This document shows, piece after piece, positions 1 to 8,125 of a DNA stretch of 37,695 bases. Source of the stretch: Acidobacteriota bacterium. GTDB taxonomy: Bacteria > Acidobacteriota > Terriglobia > Acidiferrales > UBA7541. The stretch spans positions 1 to 37,695 of the forward strand of contig QHYF01000013.1 in NCBI GenBank assembly GCA_003224075.1, in the 5' to 3' direction. The notes beneath the pieces were generated by a model. It saw only the letters and a program-made list of their open reading frames with translations. It made no database searches and was not told the DNA's origin. Position 1 is the first letter of the stretch, and each line of letters begins with the position of its first letter. The position numbers and the translations under genes are program-made.

Positions 1-1599
1 GATCCCGAGCGACACGCGGCGATTCTCCGGGTCGATCTTCAACACCTTCGCGGTCACCGGCTCGCCCTTCTTGAACACCTCGTGCGGATTCTTCACACGG
101 CCGGTCCAGCTCACGTCGCCGACGTGCACCAACCCGTCAAAACCATCCTCGATCTCCACGAACGCACCGAACTCGGCAATGTTGCGAACCTTGCCCGTAA
201 CCACGGTGCCCACCGGATACTTCTCCGCAATCAGCAGCCAGGGATCGGGCTGGGCCTGCTTCATTCCCAGAGAAACGCGGCGGTCGCTCGGCTTAATGTC
301 CAGCACCACGACGTCAACCTCTTCGCCCACCTTGGCGAGCTTCGAAGGGTGCTGCACTTTCTTGTTCCAGCTCATTTCCGAGACGTGCACAAGACCTTCA
401 ATCCCTTGTTCCAGTTCGACGAACACGCCGTAATCCACGACTCCGACAATCTTGCCCTTCACCTTGCCGCCAGCGGGGTATTTTTCCGCTGCGCCAACCC
501 AGGGATCCGGCGTCAACTGCTTCAGGCCCAAGGAAACGCGCTGTTTTTCCTTGTCAAACTTCAGGATGATGACGTCGAGTTCCTGCTCCGGCTTTACCAC
601 GTCCGAAGGATGCTTCACGCGGCCCCAGCTCATATCCGTCAGGTGCAGCAAGCCATCGATGCCCCCGAGGTCCACGAACGCGCCGTACTCTGTCACGTTC
701 TTTACGTGGCCGTGCACGATCTGGCCTTCGCTCAGCGTTTCCATCAGGGCCGCGCGCTTGGCGTGCAGTTCTTCCTCAAGCAACGCGCGCCGGCTCACCA
801 CTACGTTGCCGCGGCGGCGGTTCAGCTTGGTGACGCGCACCTGCACTTCCGTACCCACCAGGTTGTCCAGATTCTGTGCGGGCCGCAGGTCGTACTGTGA
901 CCCCGGCAGGAACGCGCGCACGCCGATATCCACCACCAGCCCGCCCTTAATGCGGTCCACCACCTTGCCGGTAATGGTCTCCTTGGCCTTGAAAGCCGCG
1001 TCGATCTTTTCCCACGTCCTGCGGCGAAGCACCTTCTGGTACGACACGATCGCGTACCCGTCTTTGTGCTCGCCGGTGGGCTGCACTTCAATCGTGCTGT
1101 CGGGGTCCGGACGCGGGATTTCCGTCTCGCTGAACTCCGCGGCAGGAATCAGCCCTTCCGTTTTTCCTCCCAGATCCACCACCACGCCATGTTCCGTGTA
1201 CGCAACAACCTTGACCTTGATGATCTCGTTCGCCGCCGCCGCTTCCTGCTTCTCGTCATACTGCTCCATCAGCTTGCTCATCTCTTCCGAGCCGGCCGCC
1301 TCCTCTGCGGCAGCCGCAGCATCGGCATCCGTTGCGTGCACCTCGCTGTTCGCTTCGGCAACTGCAGGAGCTTCGCTTTTGTCGGAAGAAGCGTTCGCCT
1401 GTTCCGGCGCGGGCGCTGCATGTGTCTCTTGTCCGGAGTTCACAGCTTCGGCTTGTTCGCTTGGTGCAGGAGCTGTCGGTTCCGTCGCGCCATCTACACT
1501 TGAGTTTGTTTCGGTGTGCGTCCCGGTTGGAGTGGATTCGGCTTCGGGTGCGGGCACGGCAGCGGCCGCATTGGACAGGTTATCGTGGTCGGAAAACAT
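1..1599 (-). CDS. rpsA: 30S ribosomal protein S1, 3' end cut by window edge; ~106-aa acidic N-terminal extension
   Basis: Manual minus-strand translation from ATG 1599 (SD GGAGG at 1609-1613) is open to base 1. It contains repeated S1 domains: RIKGGLVVDIGVRAFLPGSQ, VKNVTEYGAFVDLGGIDGLLHLTDMSWGRV, VVDYGVFVELEQGIEGLVHVSEMSW, VRNIAEFGAFVEIEDGFDGLVHVGDVSW. Missing from the ORF track because there is no stop in the window. Confidence 0.97.
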   Translation of the reverse strand, partial: MFSDHDNLSNAAAAVPAPEAESTPTGTHTETNSSVDGATEPTAPAPSEQAEAVNSGQETHAAPAPEQANASSDKSEAPAVAEANSEVHATDADAAAAAEEAAGSEEMSKLMEQYDEKQEAAAANEIIKVKVVAYTEHGVVVDLGGKTEGLIPAAEFSETEIPRPDPDSTIEVQPTGEHKDGYAIVSYQKVLRRRTWEKIDAAFKAKETITGKVVDRIKGGLVVDIGVRAFLPGSQYDLRPAQNLDNLVGTEVQVRVTKLNRRRGNVVVSRRALLEEELHAKRAALMETLSEGQIVHGHVKNVTEYGAFVDLGGIDGLLHLTDMSWGRVKHPSDVVKPEQELDVIILKFDKEKQRVSLGLKQLTPDPWVGAAEKYPAGGKVKGKIVGVVDYGVFVELEQGIEGLVHVSEMSWNKKVQHPSKLAKVGEEVDVVVLDIKPSDRRVSLGMKQAQPDPWLLIAEKYPVGTVVTGKVRNIAEFGAFVEIEDGFDGLVHVGDVSWTGRVKNPHEVFKKGEPVTAKVLKIDPENRRVSLGI

Positions 1600-1772
1600 G
1601 GTTGTTGGCCTCCAGAAGATTACTTCTTTTATGGCGGCCGCATTGCGGCCCCACGTTCAGTCGAATAAATTCCTTGCGGATTCCCTATCTGGGTTTAGTG
1701 CAAGGAGGTTAACCGCAGAGCGGTTACTTGGGACACGGATGCTGCGGGCGTCGATAACGCTGCAACCTCCAA

Positions 1773-1802
1773 AGGATACTCGCCGCCTCGCGCGCGTGTC
1801 AA
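1773..1802 (-). promoter_or_regulatory. Putative sigma70 promoter for rpsA
   Basis: Minus strand TTGACA (1802-1797) - 18 nt - TATCCT (1778-1773); implies a ~165-nt 5' UTR. Confidence 0.65.
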
Positions 1803-1820
1803 TGAATCGAATTGCCAAAC

Positions 1821-2639
1821 TCATGTGCGGACCCGGCCAGCCTGCGTCTTTTCCCGCCGGAAATCGGGCGCGGAAACCTCAATAGTGCGGCACATTTCAA
1901 ATAGTCGTGATCGCATACGTTCACTAATTCGATCAGCGAGAGTCTCTTTTCGCGTCATAGCCCGCCTTCCGCTTGGCAAGAGAGCTTCCTTTTCTTCAGC
2001 CGTATCGAGGTAGTTGGTTGTGATGATTGTGCAGCGAGGGTGGCTTAAATCACGCGAACCCTCACTGTATCTTGTGTTGAGAATATATCCGACAGTATCT
2101 CGAACCCAGTCAGAAGGTTTGATACAACCGAGATCATCAATTACAAGAACCTCGACAGAGAGAATCGGAGCAAGAAGGCGCATTTCAGTCGCTTCCGTTT
2201 CGGTGCTGTAACTCTGTTGGATCTCTCTTAGTAGAGCGCCATATTCGCAAAAATAGCCGCTGTGGCCACGCCTGATTAATTCCTTCAGTGCAGCTATCGC
2301 GAGATGTGTCTTTCCCACACCAGAGTTCCCCATGAACAGAAGTCCGGCTTGGTCACTGCCCGGATAGTCACGAACGAAGGACTGCGCAAAAAGCTTGGCC
2401 CACTTCAAGGATTCAGCCTGCTGCGATGTGTAAGTCTTACCGTCGGCAAGGTCCGTCACGTAACTCTCAAAATCGCAATGCTCGTAGCGCTTGGGAATCC
2501 GCGCGCGTTCCATCACCCGCTCGGCACGTTCCTGCATTCCGCAATCGCAAGGTACTGCCAGGCTGCCCGCCGCGCCGTCTGGCCGCGGCACCAGTTTCCA
2601 TCCCGTCCCCCTGCATAGCGTGCAACTTTCCAGCGCCAT
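1821..2639 (-). CDS. DnaC/IstB-like AAA+ ATP-binding protein with N-terminal Cys cluster (putative helicase loader)
   Basis: CTLC...CDC zinc-type motif, ARIPKRYEHCDFESY, Walker A GNSGVGKTHLA, Walker B VLVIDDLG, TIITTN and RMRSRLFEMC, all typical of the DnaC/DnaI/IstB clade. Confidence 0.88.
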   Translation of the reverse strand: MALESCTLCRGTGWKLVPRPDGAAGSLAVPCDCGMQERAERVMERARIPKRYEHCDFESYVTDLADGKTYTSQQAESLKWAKLFAQSFVRDYPGSDQAGLLFMGNSGVGKTHLAIAALKELIRRGHSGYFCEYGALLREIQQSYSTETEATEMRLLAPILSVEVLVIDDLGCIKPSDWVRDTVGYILNTRYSEGSRDLSHPRCTIITTNYLDTAEEKEALLPSGRRAMTRKETLADRISERMRSRLFEMCRTIEVSAPDFRREKTQAGRVRT

Positions 2640-2645
2640 GCCGAC

Positions 2646-2674
2646 AGCATACGAGGACGTTCACGAGACAGCAA
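2646..2674 (-). promoter_or_regulatory. Putative sigma70 promoter giving a leaderless mRNA for the DnaC-like gene
   Basis: Minus strand TTGCTG (2674-2669) - 17 nt - TATGCT (2651-2646) - 6 nt - ATG (2639); no SD sequence. Confidence 0.55.
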
Positions 2675-2720
2675 GTTGTCTGCTTTGGGAAACCTGTGGA
2701 AGGAACAGCTCTCTTCTAAG

Positions 2721-2748
2721 AAACTGACAACTGATACCTGAAAACTGA
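2721..2748. repeat. Degenerate heptamer tandem repeat (4 units)
   Basis: AAACTGA CAACTGA TACCTGA AAACTGA in the hspR / DnaC-like spacer. Confidence 0.6.
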
Positions 2749-2759
2749 TCACTTCGCCC

Positions 2760-3149
2760 TTACCGCGCCACCCTCGGGGTCGCACGTACAATGGCGTGCC
2801 GCGGCGCTCGCTCGTTCGTGTGTGAGGCGGCCACCCGCGACAGCTCCTGCTGCACCACCTGCGCAAACTCTCCCATCTGCCGTTCCATCTCGATCATTTT
2901 CTCGCGCATGTTCAGAATGATTTCAATTCCCGCCAAGTTCACTCCCATGTCCCGTGCCAACGTCAGGATCACGTCGAGCCGCTCCAAATCGGAATCCGTG
3001 TACAGCCGCGTGTTGCCCTGCGAGCGCGACGGCTTCAACAAACCCACGCGCTCATACAGTCGCAGCGTCTGCGGATGCAGCTTGTAAATCTCTGCCACGG
3101 CGCTGATCATGTAGCCCGCCTTGGCCCGTTTTCGCGTTCGCCCTGGCAT
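2760..3149 (-). CDS. hspR: MerR-family heat-shock repressor HspR
   Basis: YMISAVAEIYKLHPQTLRLYERVGLLKPSRSQGNTRLYTDSDLERL...GVNLAGIEIIL matches the HspR signature; 11 nt downstream of dnaJ. Confidence 0.9.
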   Translation of the reverse strand: MPGRTRKRAKAGYMISAVAEIYKLHPQTLRLYERVGLLKPSRSQGNTRLYTDSDLERLDVILTLARDMGVNLAGIEIILNMREKMIEMERQMGEFAQVVQQELSRVAASHTNERAPRHAIVRATPRVAR

Positions 3150-3160
3150 AGCGCCCTCTC

Positions 3161-4327
3161 TTACACTCCCGCCTTGCTGAACAAATCCTTTCGTGGATCC
3201 GCCGGCGCCACGCTCTCCAGTTCCTTCATCAAATTCCGCACGCGTTCATCGGTCGGCTGCGGCACGACCACCTGAATTTCCACGTACTGATCGCCTCTCG
3301 CGCCGTTTCTGGCGCTCGGAACCCCTTTTTCCTTCAGCCGCAGCGTTTTTCCGCTGTTTGTCCCCGGAGGAATCCGCACCACCGAGCGTCCATCCATGGT
3401 CGGCACTTCGATCTTGGCGCCCAGCGTCGCCTCGCTCACCGTCACCGGGACCTTCGTGTACAAATCATTGCCGCGTCTTTCGAAATACTCATGGGGCTTG
3501 ACGACCACGCGCAAATACAAATCGCCCGCGGGTGCGCCCATCGTCCCGGCATTGCCCTTGCCCGGAACCCGCACGCGCCCGCCATTCGCGACTCCCGCCG
3601 GAATGCGCACATCGATCGTTTCCGTGCGCCGTACGCGCCCTTCGCCGCCGCACGTCCTGCACGCGGTCCTTAATTTGCCGGTCCCGCCACACCGCGTGCA
3701 CGGCACGTTAAACCGCATCTTGCCCGCCGCTTGCTGGATCGTGCCCGTTCCATGGCACGTCGGGCACGTCTGCGGCGAGCCCACCGCCCCCGTTCCGCGG
3801 CACACCTCGCAAGCGTCCAGGCGCGTGATCGAAAGCTTCTTCACCGCGCCGCGCACTGCGTCCCAAAAACCAATCTCGATCTGGTATTCCAGGTCGCCGC
3901 CGGGTTCATGCTCTGGCTCCATCCCGGCGCTTCCGCGTCCGCCGCTGAAAAACTGGCTGAAGAGATCGCGGAAGCTCGACGCGCCACCTGCGGCGCCCGT
4001 TCCGCCGCCGAAATCGAACCCGCCAAAATCAAAATTGACGTTCGCTCCTTCGTCGCCCGTTCCATAGCTTGGACCAGGTCCGCCCGGAGGAATGTTGTCG
4101 CTGTAGAAGCCGTACTGGTCGTACATCTGCCGCTTTTTTGAATCGGAAAGAACGTCGTAGGCTTCCTGCAACTGCTTGAATTTTTCTTCCGCGGATTTAT
4201 CGCCGGGATTCAAATCGGGGTGATATTTCCGCGCCAGCTTGCGGAATGCAGTCCGAATATCTTTCGCGCTGGCCTTCCGCGGCACTCCCAGCAGTTCGTA
4301 ATAATCGTGTTTCGTCGTCGTTGGCAT
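3161..4327 (-). CDS. dnaJ: Chaperone DnaJ (class A)
   Basis: J-domain with HPD, G/F-rich linker, four CxxCxGxG motifs ([32 protein letters not shown]) and C-terminal domain. Confidence 0.97.
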   Translation of the reverse strand: MPTTTKHDYYELLGVPRKASAKDIRTAFRKLARKYHPDLNPGDKSAEEKFKQLQEAYDVLSDSKKRQMYDQYGFYSDNIPPGGPGPSYGTGDEGANVNFDFGGFDFGGGTGAAGGASSFRDLFSQFFSGGRGSAGMEPEHEPGGDLEYQIEIGFWDAVRGAVKKLSITRLDACEVCRGTGAVGSPQTCPTCHGTGTIQQAAGKMRFNVPCTRCGGTGKLRTACRTCGGEGRVRRTETIDVRIPAGVANGGRVRVPGKGNAGTMGAPAGDLYLRVVVKPHEYFERRGNDLYTKVPVTVSEATLGAKIEVPTMDGRSVVRIPPGTNSGKTLRLKEKGVPSARNGARGDQYVEIQVVVPQPTDERVRNLMKELESVAPADPRKDLFSKAGV

Positions 4328-4406
4328 GATTGCGCGTACTCTAGCGCCAATTTCTTAAGGGTTCGGCGCTCCCCCTTTTATGCTCTATCGCATCATCAAG
4401 AGCAGG

Positions 4407-4453
4407 AGGGGCGCAGCTTCCGGACAAGGCCCGGACAGGTGCCGCGCCCCTAC
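4407..4453 (-). repeat. GTAG-led REP-like hairpin between dnaK and dnaJ
   Basis: Minus strand GT-AGGGGCGCGGC ... GCTGCGCCCCT (11-bp stem, one G-U) with inner TCCGG/CCGGA stem; begins 11 nt after the dnaK stop; no U-tract. Confidence 0.6.
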
Positions 4454-4464
4454 TCGGCACGGCC

Positions 4465-6420
4465 TTAATTCGGCCGCTTCGACTCGTCCACGTCCACGTA
4501 CTCGGCGTCAATGACGTCGCCCGGCTTTCCGCCTTTTGCGCCGCTGCTCGAACCGGCTGGCGAGCCGCCGCTCGCGCCAGCTCCCGCAGCGCCGGCCTGT
4601 TCCGCGCCCCCGGCCGCCTGCGTCGTCTTATACAGCTCTTCGGCGATCTTGTGCAGCGAGCGCTCCACGTTTTCCGTCGCAGATCGCAGCCGCGCCACGC
4701 CACCTTCGTTGATGGCCTTTTTCGCATCCTCAATCGCCTCTTCGGCCTTCTTCAGGTCCGCTTCAGCGACCTTCTCGCGATTTTCGCGGATCATCTTCTC
4801 CGCCTGGTACATGATGCCGTCCAGCCGGTTACGTGCTTCCACCTCTTCCATCCGGCGGCGATCGTCTTCGCTGTGTGATTCCGCCTCCTGCCGCATCTTT
4901 TCAGCCTCTTCTTTGGTCAGGCCGCTCGAAGCGGTGATGGTGATCTTCTGCTCCTTGTTCGTGGCCTTGTCCTTCGCGCTGACGTTCAGGATGCCGTTGG
5001 CGTCAATGTCAAAGGTGACCTCGATCTGCGGAGTCCCGCGCGGAGCCGGTGGAATGCCGTCCAGCTTGAATTTACCGAGCGAGCGATTGTCCGCAGCGAA
5101 CTTGCGCTCGCCTTGCAATACGTGGATTTCCACGCCCGGCTGGTTGTCCGCCGCCGTCGAATACGTTTCCACTTTGCGCGTCGGAATGGTCGTGTTGCGC
5201 GGAATCTGCACGGTCATTACGCCTCCGAGGGTCTCCACGCCCAAAGAGAGTGGTGTCACGTCCAGCAGCAGGATGTCCTTCACTTCGCCCGCCAGCACCG
5301 CTCCTTGAATCGCCGCGCCCACGGCCACGACTTCATCCGGATTTACGCCCTTGTGGGGTTCCTTCCCGGCGAAAAAGTTGCGTACCAGTGTCTGCACCTT
5401 GGGGATCCGCGTCGACCCGCCCACCAGCACCACTTCCTGGATGTCGGTCGGCGACAGTTTTGCGTCCTCCAGCGCCTGCTTCACCGGCTTCATCGAGCGC
5501 TCGAGCAAGTCGTTCATCAGCTGCTCGAGCCTCGTGCGCGTCAGTTTTAACTGCATGTGGATCGGCCCGCTTGCCCCCGCAGTAATGAACGGCAGGTTGA
5601 TCTCCGTCTCCATCATCTGCGAAAGCTCAATCTTGGCCTTTTCCGCGGCTTCCTTCAGTCGTTGCAGCGCCATGCGGTCCTTGCTCAGGTCAATGTTGTT
5701 CTCTTTCTTGAACTCATCAATGAGCCAGTCCACGATCCTCTGGTCAACGTCGTCGCCGCCCAAGTGCGTGTCGCCGTTCGTGGACTTCACCTCGACCACG
5801 CCGCTTCCCACTTCCAGCACGGAAATATCAAATGTGCCGCCGCCCAGGTCGTACACCGCGATTGTTTCGTCGCTCTTCTTGTCCAACCCATAGGCCAGCG
5901 CGGCCGCCGTCGGCTCGTTGATGATGCGCACCACTTCCATGCCAGCGATCTCGCCCGCCTGCTTGGTAGCCTGCCGCTGCGCGTCGTTGAAGTACGCGGG
6001 AACGGTGATCACCGCCTTCGTAACCTTTTCACCGAGAAAATCTTCCGCGGCCGCTTTCAGCTTGCCGAGGATCATCGCGGAAATCTCGGGCGGGCTGTAA
6101 GCTTTGCCGGAAATCTCCACGCGCGCGTCCTGGTGCGGCCCCGCGACGACTTTGTACGGCACGCGCCGCATCTCTTCCGAAACTTCATCGTAGCGCCGGC
6201 CCATGAAGCGCTTGATCGAATACACCGTGTTCTCCGGATTCGTCACCGCTTGCCGCTTGGCTACTTGGCCGACCAGCCGTTCGCCCGTTTTGGTGATAGC
6301 CACAACCGAGGGTGTGGTCCGCGCGCCTTCCTGGTTGGGGATCACTACGGGCTCGCCGCCCTGCATCACCGCGACAACCGAGTTCGTTGTTCCCAGGTCA
6401 ATCCCAATAATCTTGCTCAT
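4465..6420 (-). CDS. dnaK: Chaperone DnaK (Hsp70)
   Basis: [47 protein letters not shown] and linker [13 protein letters not shown]; start placed at ATG 6420 with GGGAGG upstream. Confidence 0.98.
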   Translation of the reverse strand: MSKIIGIDLGTTNSVVAVMQGGEPVVIPNQEGARTTPSVVAITKTGERLVGQVAKRQAVTNPENTVYSIKRFMGRRYDEVSEEMRRVPYKVVAGPHQDARVEISGKAYSPPEISAMILGKLKAAAEDFLGEKVTKAVITVPAYFNDAQRQATKQAGEIAGMEVVRIINEPTAAALAYGLDKKSDETIAVYDLGGGTFDISVLEVGSGVVEVKSTNGDTHLGGDDVDQRIVDWLIDEFKKENNIDLSKDRMALQRLKEAAEKAKIELSQMMETEINLPFITAGASGPIHMQLKLTRTRLEQLMNDLLERSMKPVKQALEDAKLSPTDIQEVVLVGGSTRIPKVQTLVRNFFAGKEPHKGVNPDEVVAVGAAIQGAVLAGEVKDILLLDVTPLSLGVETLGGVMTVQIPRNTTIPTRKVETYSTAADNQPGVEIHVLQGERKFAADNRSLGKFKLDGIPPAPRGTPQIEVTFDIDANGILNVSAKDKATNKEQKITITASSGLTKEEAEKMRQEAESHSEDDRRRMEEVEARNRLDGIMYQAEKMIRENREKVAEADLKKAEEAIEDAKKAINEGGVARLRSATENVERSLHKIAEELYKTTQAAGGAEQAGAAGAGASGGSPAGSSSGAKGGKPGDVIDAEYVDVDESKRPN

Positions 6421-6527
6421 AACTGCCTTCCCTCCCTGAACCTTTGCAACTCTCACTTCTCATGTAACCTGCTGAAATCAAGGCGAATCCAGCTTAGATT
6501 CGTCCCTCCAAGCCCAGCACGGAGAGG

Positions 6528-6557
6528 ATTATACAAGTTGAGTGTATGTTTGTCAAT
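6528..6557 (-). promoter_or_regulatory. Consensus sigma70 promoter of dnaK operon overlapped by HAIR-like (HspR) operator
   Basis: Minus strand TTGACA (6556-6551) - 17 nt - TATAAT (6533-6528), perfect consensus. Plus strand GTTGAGT-N7-TGTCAAT (6537-6557) versus HAIR consensus CTTGAGT-N7-ACTCAAG. Confidence 0.85.
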
Positions 6558-6791
6558 CTTTATGATTACGTCCATAATCCAAGGTATTTCAACAGCTTAC
6601 GAACGACGTCTTACCTTGACCGCGTTCACTTTTTACCCCCATGCAAACCCGCATCTCATTGGTTCATACGGCACTGGGAGAGGAAAGTCCCTGATTCCCC
6701 GAACGACCTGGCTTCCTTTTCGCGCGTTTCGCGGTAGAATTCATTCCAGCACCTGCAACCACACGGCAACTGGGCATCTCTGGAGGATTGT

Positions 6792-7571
6792 GTGAATCGG
6801 CGGCGCATTCTGGCAGGAATTTCCAGCGCGGCGTTGCTGGGTTTGTGCGCGCTGTTGCTGCCATCCTTGCACAGAACTACAGAGCCGTCTTCTCAATCGC
6901 TCCCGCCAGCCGCACCTGTGCCGGAAAACGTAAATTCTTCTGCCGGTTCCGAAACGCCTATCTTGCCTTCACCGGTGGTGGCAGCGACGGCCGCTTCGCG
7001 GCCACCTTTGCCGCAATCCAATTCTTCTGCCGTCCCGGACATTGATCCTCACAAGGCTTTTGGTTCGAAGAGCGCTCCAGTAACGATGGAAGTCTTTAGC
7101 GACTTCCAGTGCCCGGCCTGCAAAACCCTATTCACCACCACCAATCGCCAGCTCATGGACAATTACGTCAGCACCGGCAAGGTTTACCTGATTCACCGCG
7201 ATTTTCCGCTCCCGATGCACGCCCATTCGCGTGTGGCGGCACGCTACGCTCGGGCTGCCGCACAGCTCGGCAAGGGCGAAGCGGTAGAACAGGCTCTCTT
7301 TCAGAATCAGGAGAAGTGGGAACAGAACGGCGACGTGGACGGCACCGTCGCGGCGGTTCTTTCCACTCCGGAAATAGCCAAGGTCCGCGCGCTCGTTAAG
7401 GGCGGCACGCTCGACGCCGCCATCGACAAGGATTACGCGCTAGGCCAGGTGTACCGCGTCAATCAAACGCCCACCACGGTTTTCCATTGCAAAGGTCAGA
7501 CCTACCCCTACGCCGGTGTCATGAGCTACGACATTCTCAAGCAATTTCTCGATCAGCTGCTCAGTCAGTAG
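6792..7571 (+). CDS. DsbA/BdbD-like thioredoxin-fold oxidoreductase with N-terminal signal/anchor and Pro/Ser-rich linker
   Basis: GSKSAPVTMEVFSDFQCPAC, RDFPLPMH and cis-Pro loop VNQTPT; GTG start with SD GGAGG at 6782-6786; N-terminus MNRRRILAGISSAALLGLCALLL. Confidence 0.9.
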   Translation: MNRRRILAGISSAALLGLCALLLPSLHRTTEPSSQSLPPAAPVPENVNSSAGSETPILPSPVVAATAASRPPLPQSNSSAVPDIDPHKAFGSKSAPVTMEVFSDFQCPACKTLFTTTNRQLMDNYVSTGKVYLIHRDFPLPMHAHSRVAARYARAAAQLGKGEAVEQALFQNQEKWEQNGDVDGTVAAVLSTPEIAKVRALVKGGTLDAAIDKDYALGQVYRVNQTPTTVFHCKGQTYPYAGVMSYDILKQFLDQLLSQ

Positions 7572-7606
7572 TAGTCTTGGTTCTGCAAACCAGATAGACC
7601 ACAAAA

Positions 7607-8110
7607 ATGATGCAATCCAGCCCATTCAATCTCCGTCGCGCGATCATCTGGATTGGCCGCCTGGTCCTCGCCGGCATATTCATTTACGCAGGTTACTCCA
7701 AGATTTTCCTGCCCATCGTGCATCCTCGCCCATCCATTGGAGCGGCTCTCATGTTCTTCGCGCTGCAAGTGGATTCGTACCAACTGCTGCCACCGTGGGG
7801 CGTAAACTTCGTTGCGCATACCTTACCGTTTGCAGAAATTGCTCTCGGTTTCTTGCTCCTGATTGGCTGGCGGTTGCGCATCTGGGCCACCATCGTCACG
7901 CTGATCATGCTGGGGTTCTTTGCCGCCGTGGTGCGCTCCTACGCGCTGGGGTTGCAGATTAATTGCGGCTGCTTTGCCACTCCCGAACCGCTCACCATCA
8001 AAACAGTTTTCCGCGACGCTGGCCTCGCGGCACTGGCACTGCTGATGACCGTCTTCGCCTTCATCGAAGCCCGCAAGCCACACCCGTGGTCCGCCCCGGA
8101 GAAAGTTTGA
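7607..8110 (+). CDS. MauE/DoxX-family membrane protein
   Basis: About four TM segments; RLVLAGIFIYAGYSKI, LPFAEIALGFLLLIG and the MauE-type INCGCF motif followed by FRD. Confidence 0.85.
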   Translation: MMQSSPFNLRRAIIWIGRLVLAGIFIYAGYSKIFLPIVHPRPSIGAALMFFALQVDSYQLLPPWGVNFVAHTLPFAEIALGFLLLIGWRLRIWATIVTLIMLGFFAAVVRSYALGLQINCGCFATPEPLTIKTVFRDAGLAALALLMTVFAFIEARKPHPWSAPEKV

Positions 8111-8125
8111 CGCCCAATCGCTCAA

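Noticed and set aside
82-1885. Long plus-strand ORFs (272 aa, 477 aa) over rpsA
   Set aside because: Antisense shadows of rpsA caused by GC-rich codon bias; the minus frame has clear S1 repeats.
1821-2639. IS21 element or prophage suggested by the IstB-like ATPase
   Set aside because: No IstA transposase, terminal inverted repeats, integrase or phage genes; flanked by core genes.
6421-6791. CIRCE (HrcA) operator upstream of dnaK
   Set aside because: No TTAGCACTC-N9-GAGTGCTAA match found; the HAIR-like element explains regulation better.
4511-6795. Plus-strand ORFs antisense to dnaK (265 aa, 412 aa)
   Set aside because: Antisense open frames over dnaK/hsp70 are a well-known by-product of codon usage; no independent SD or motif support.
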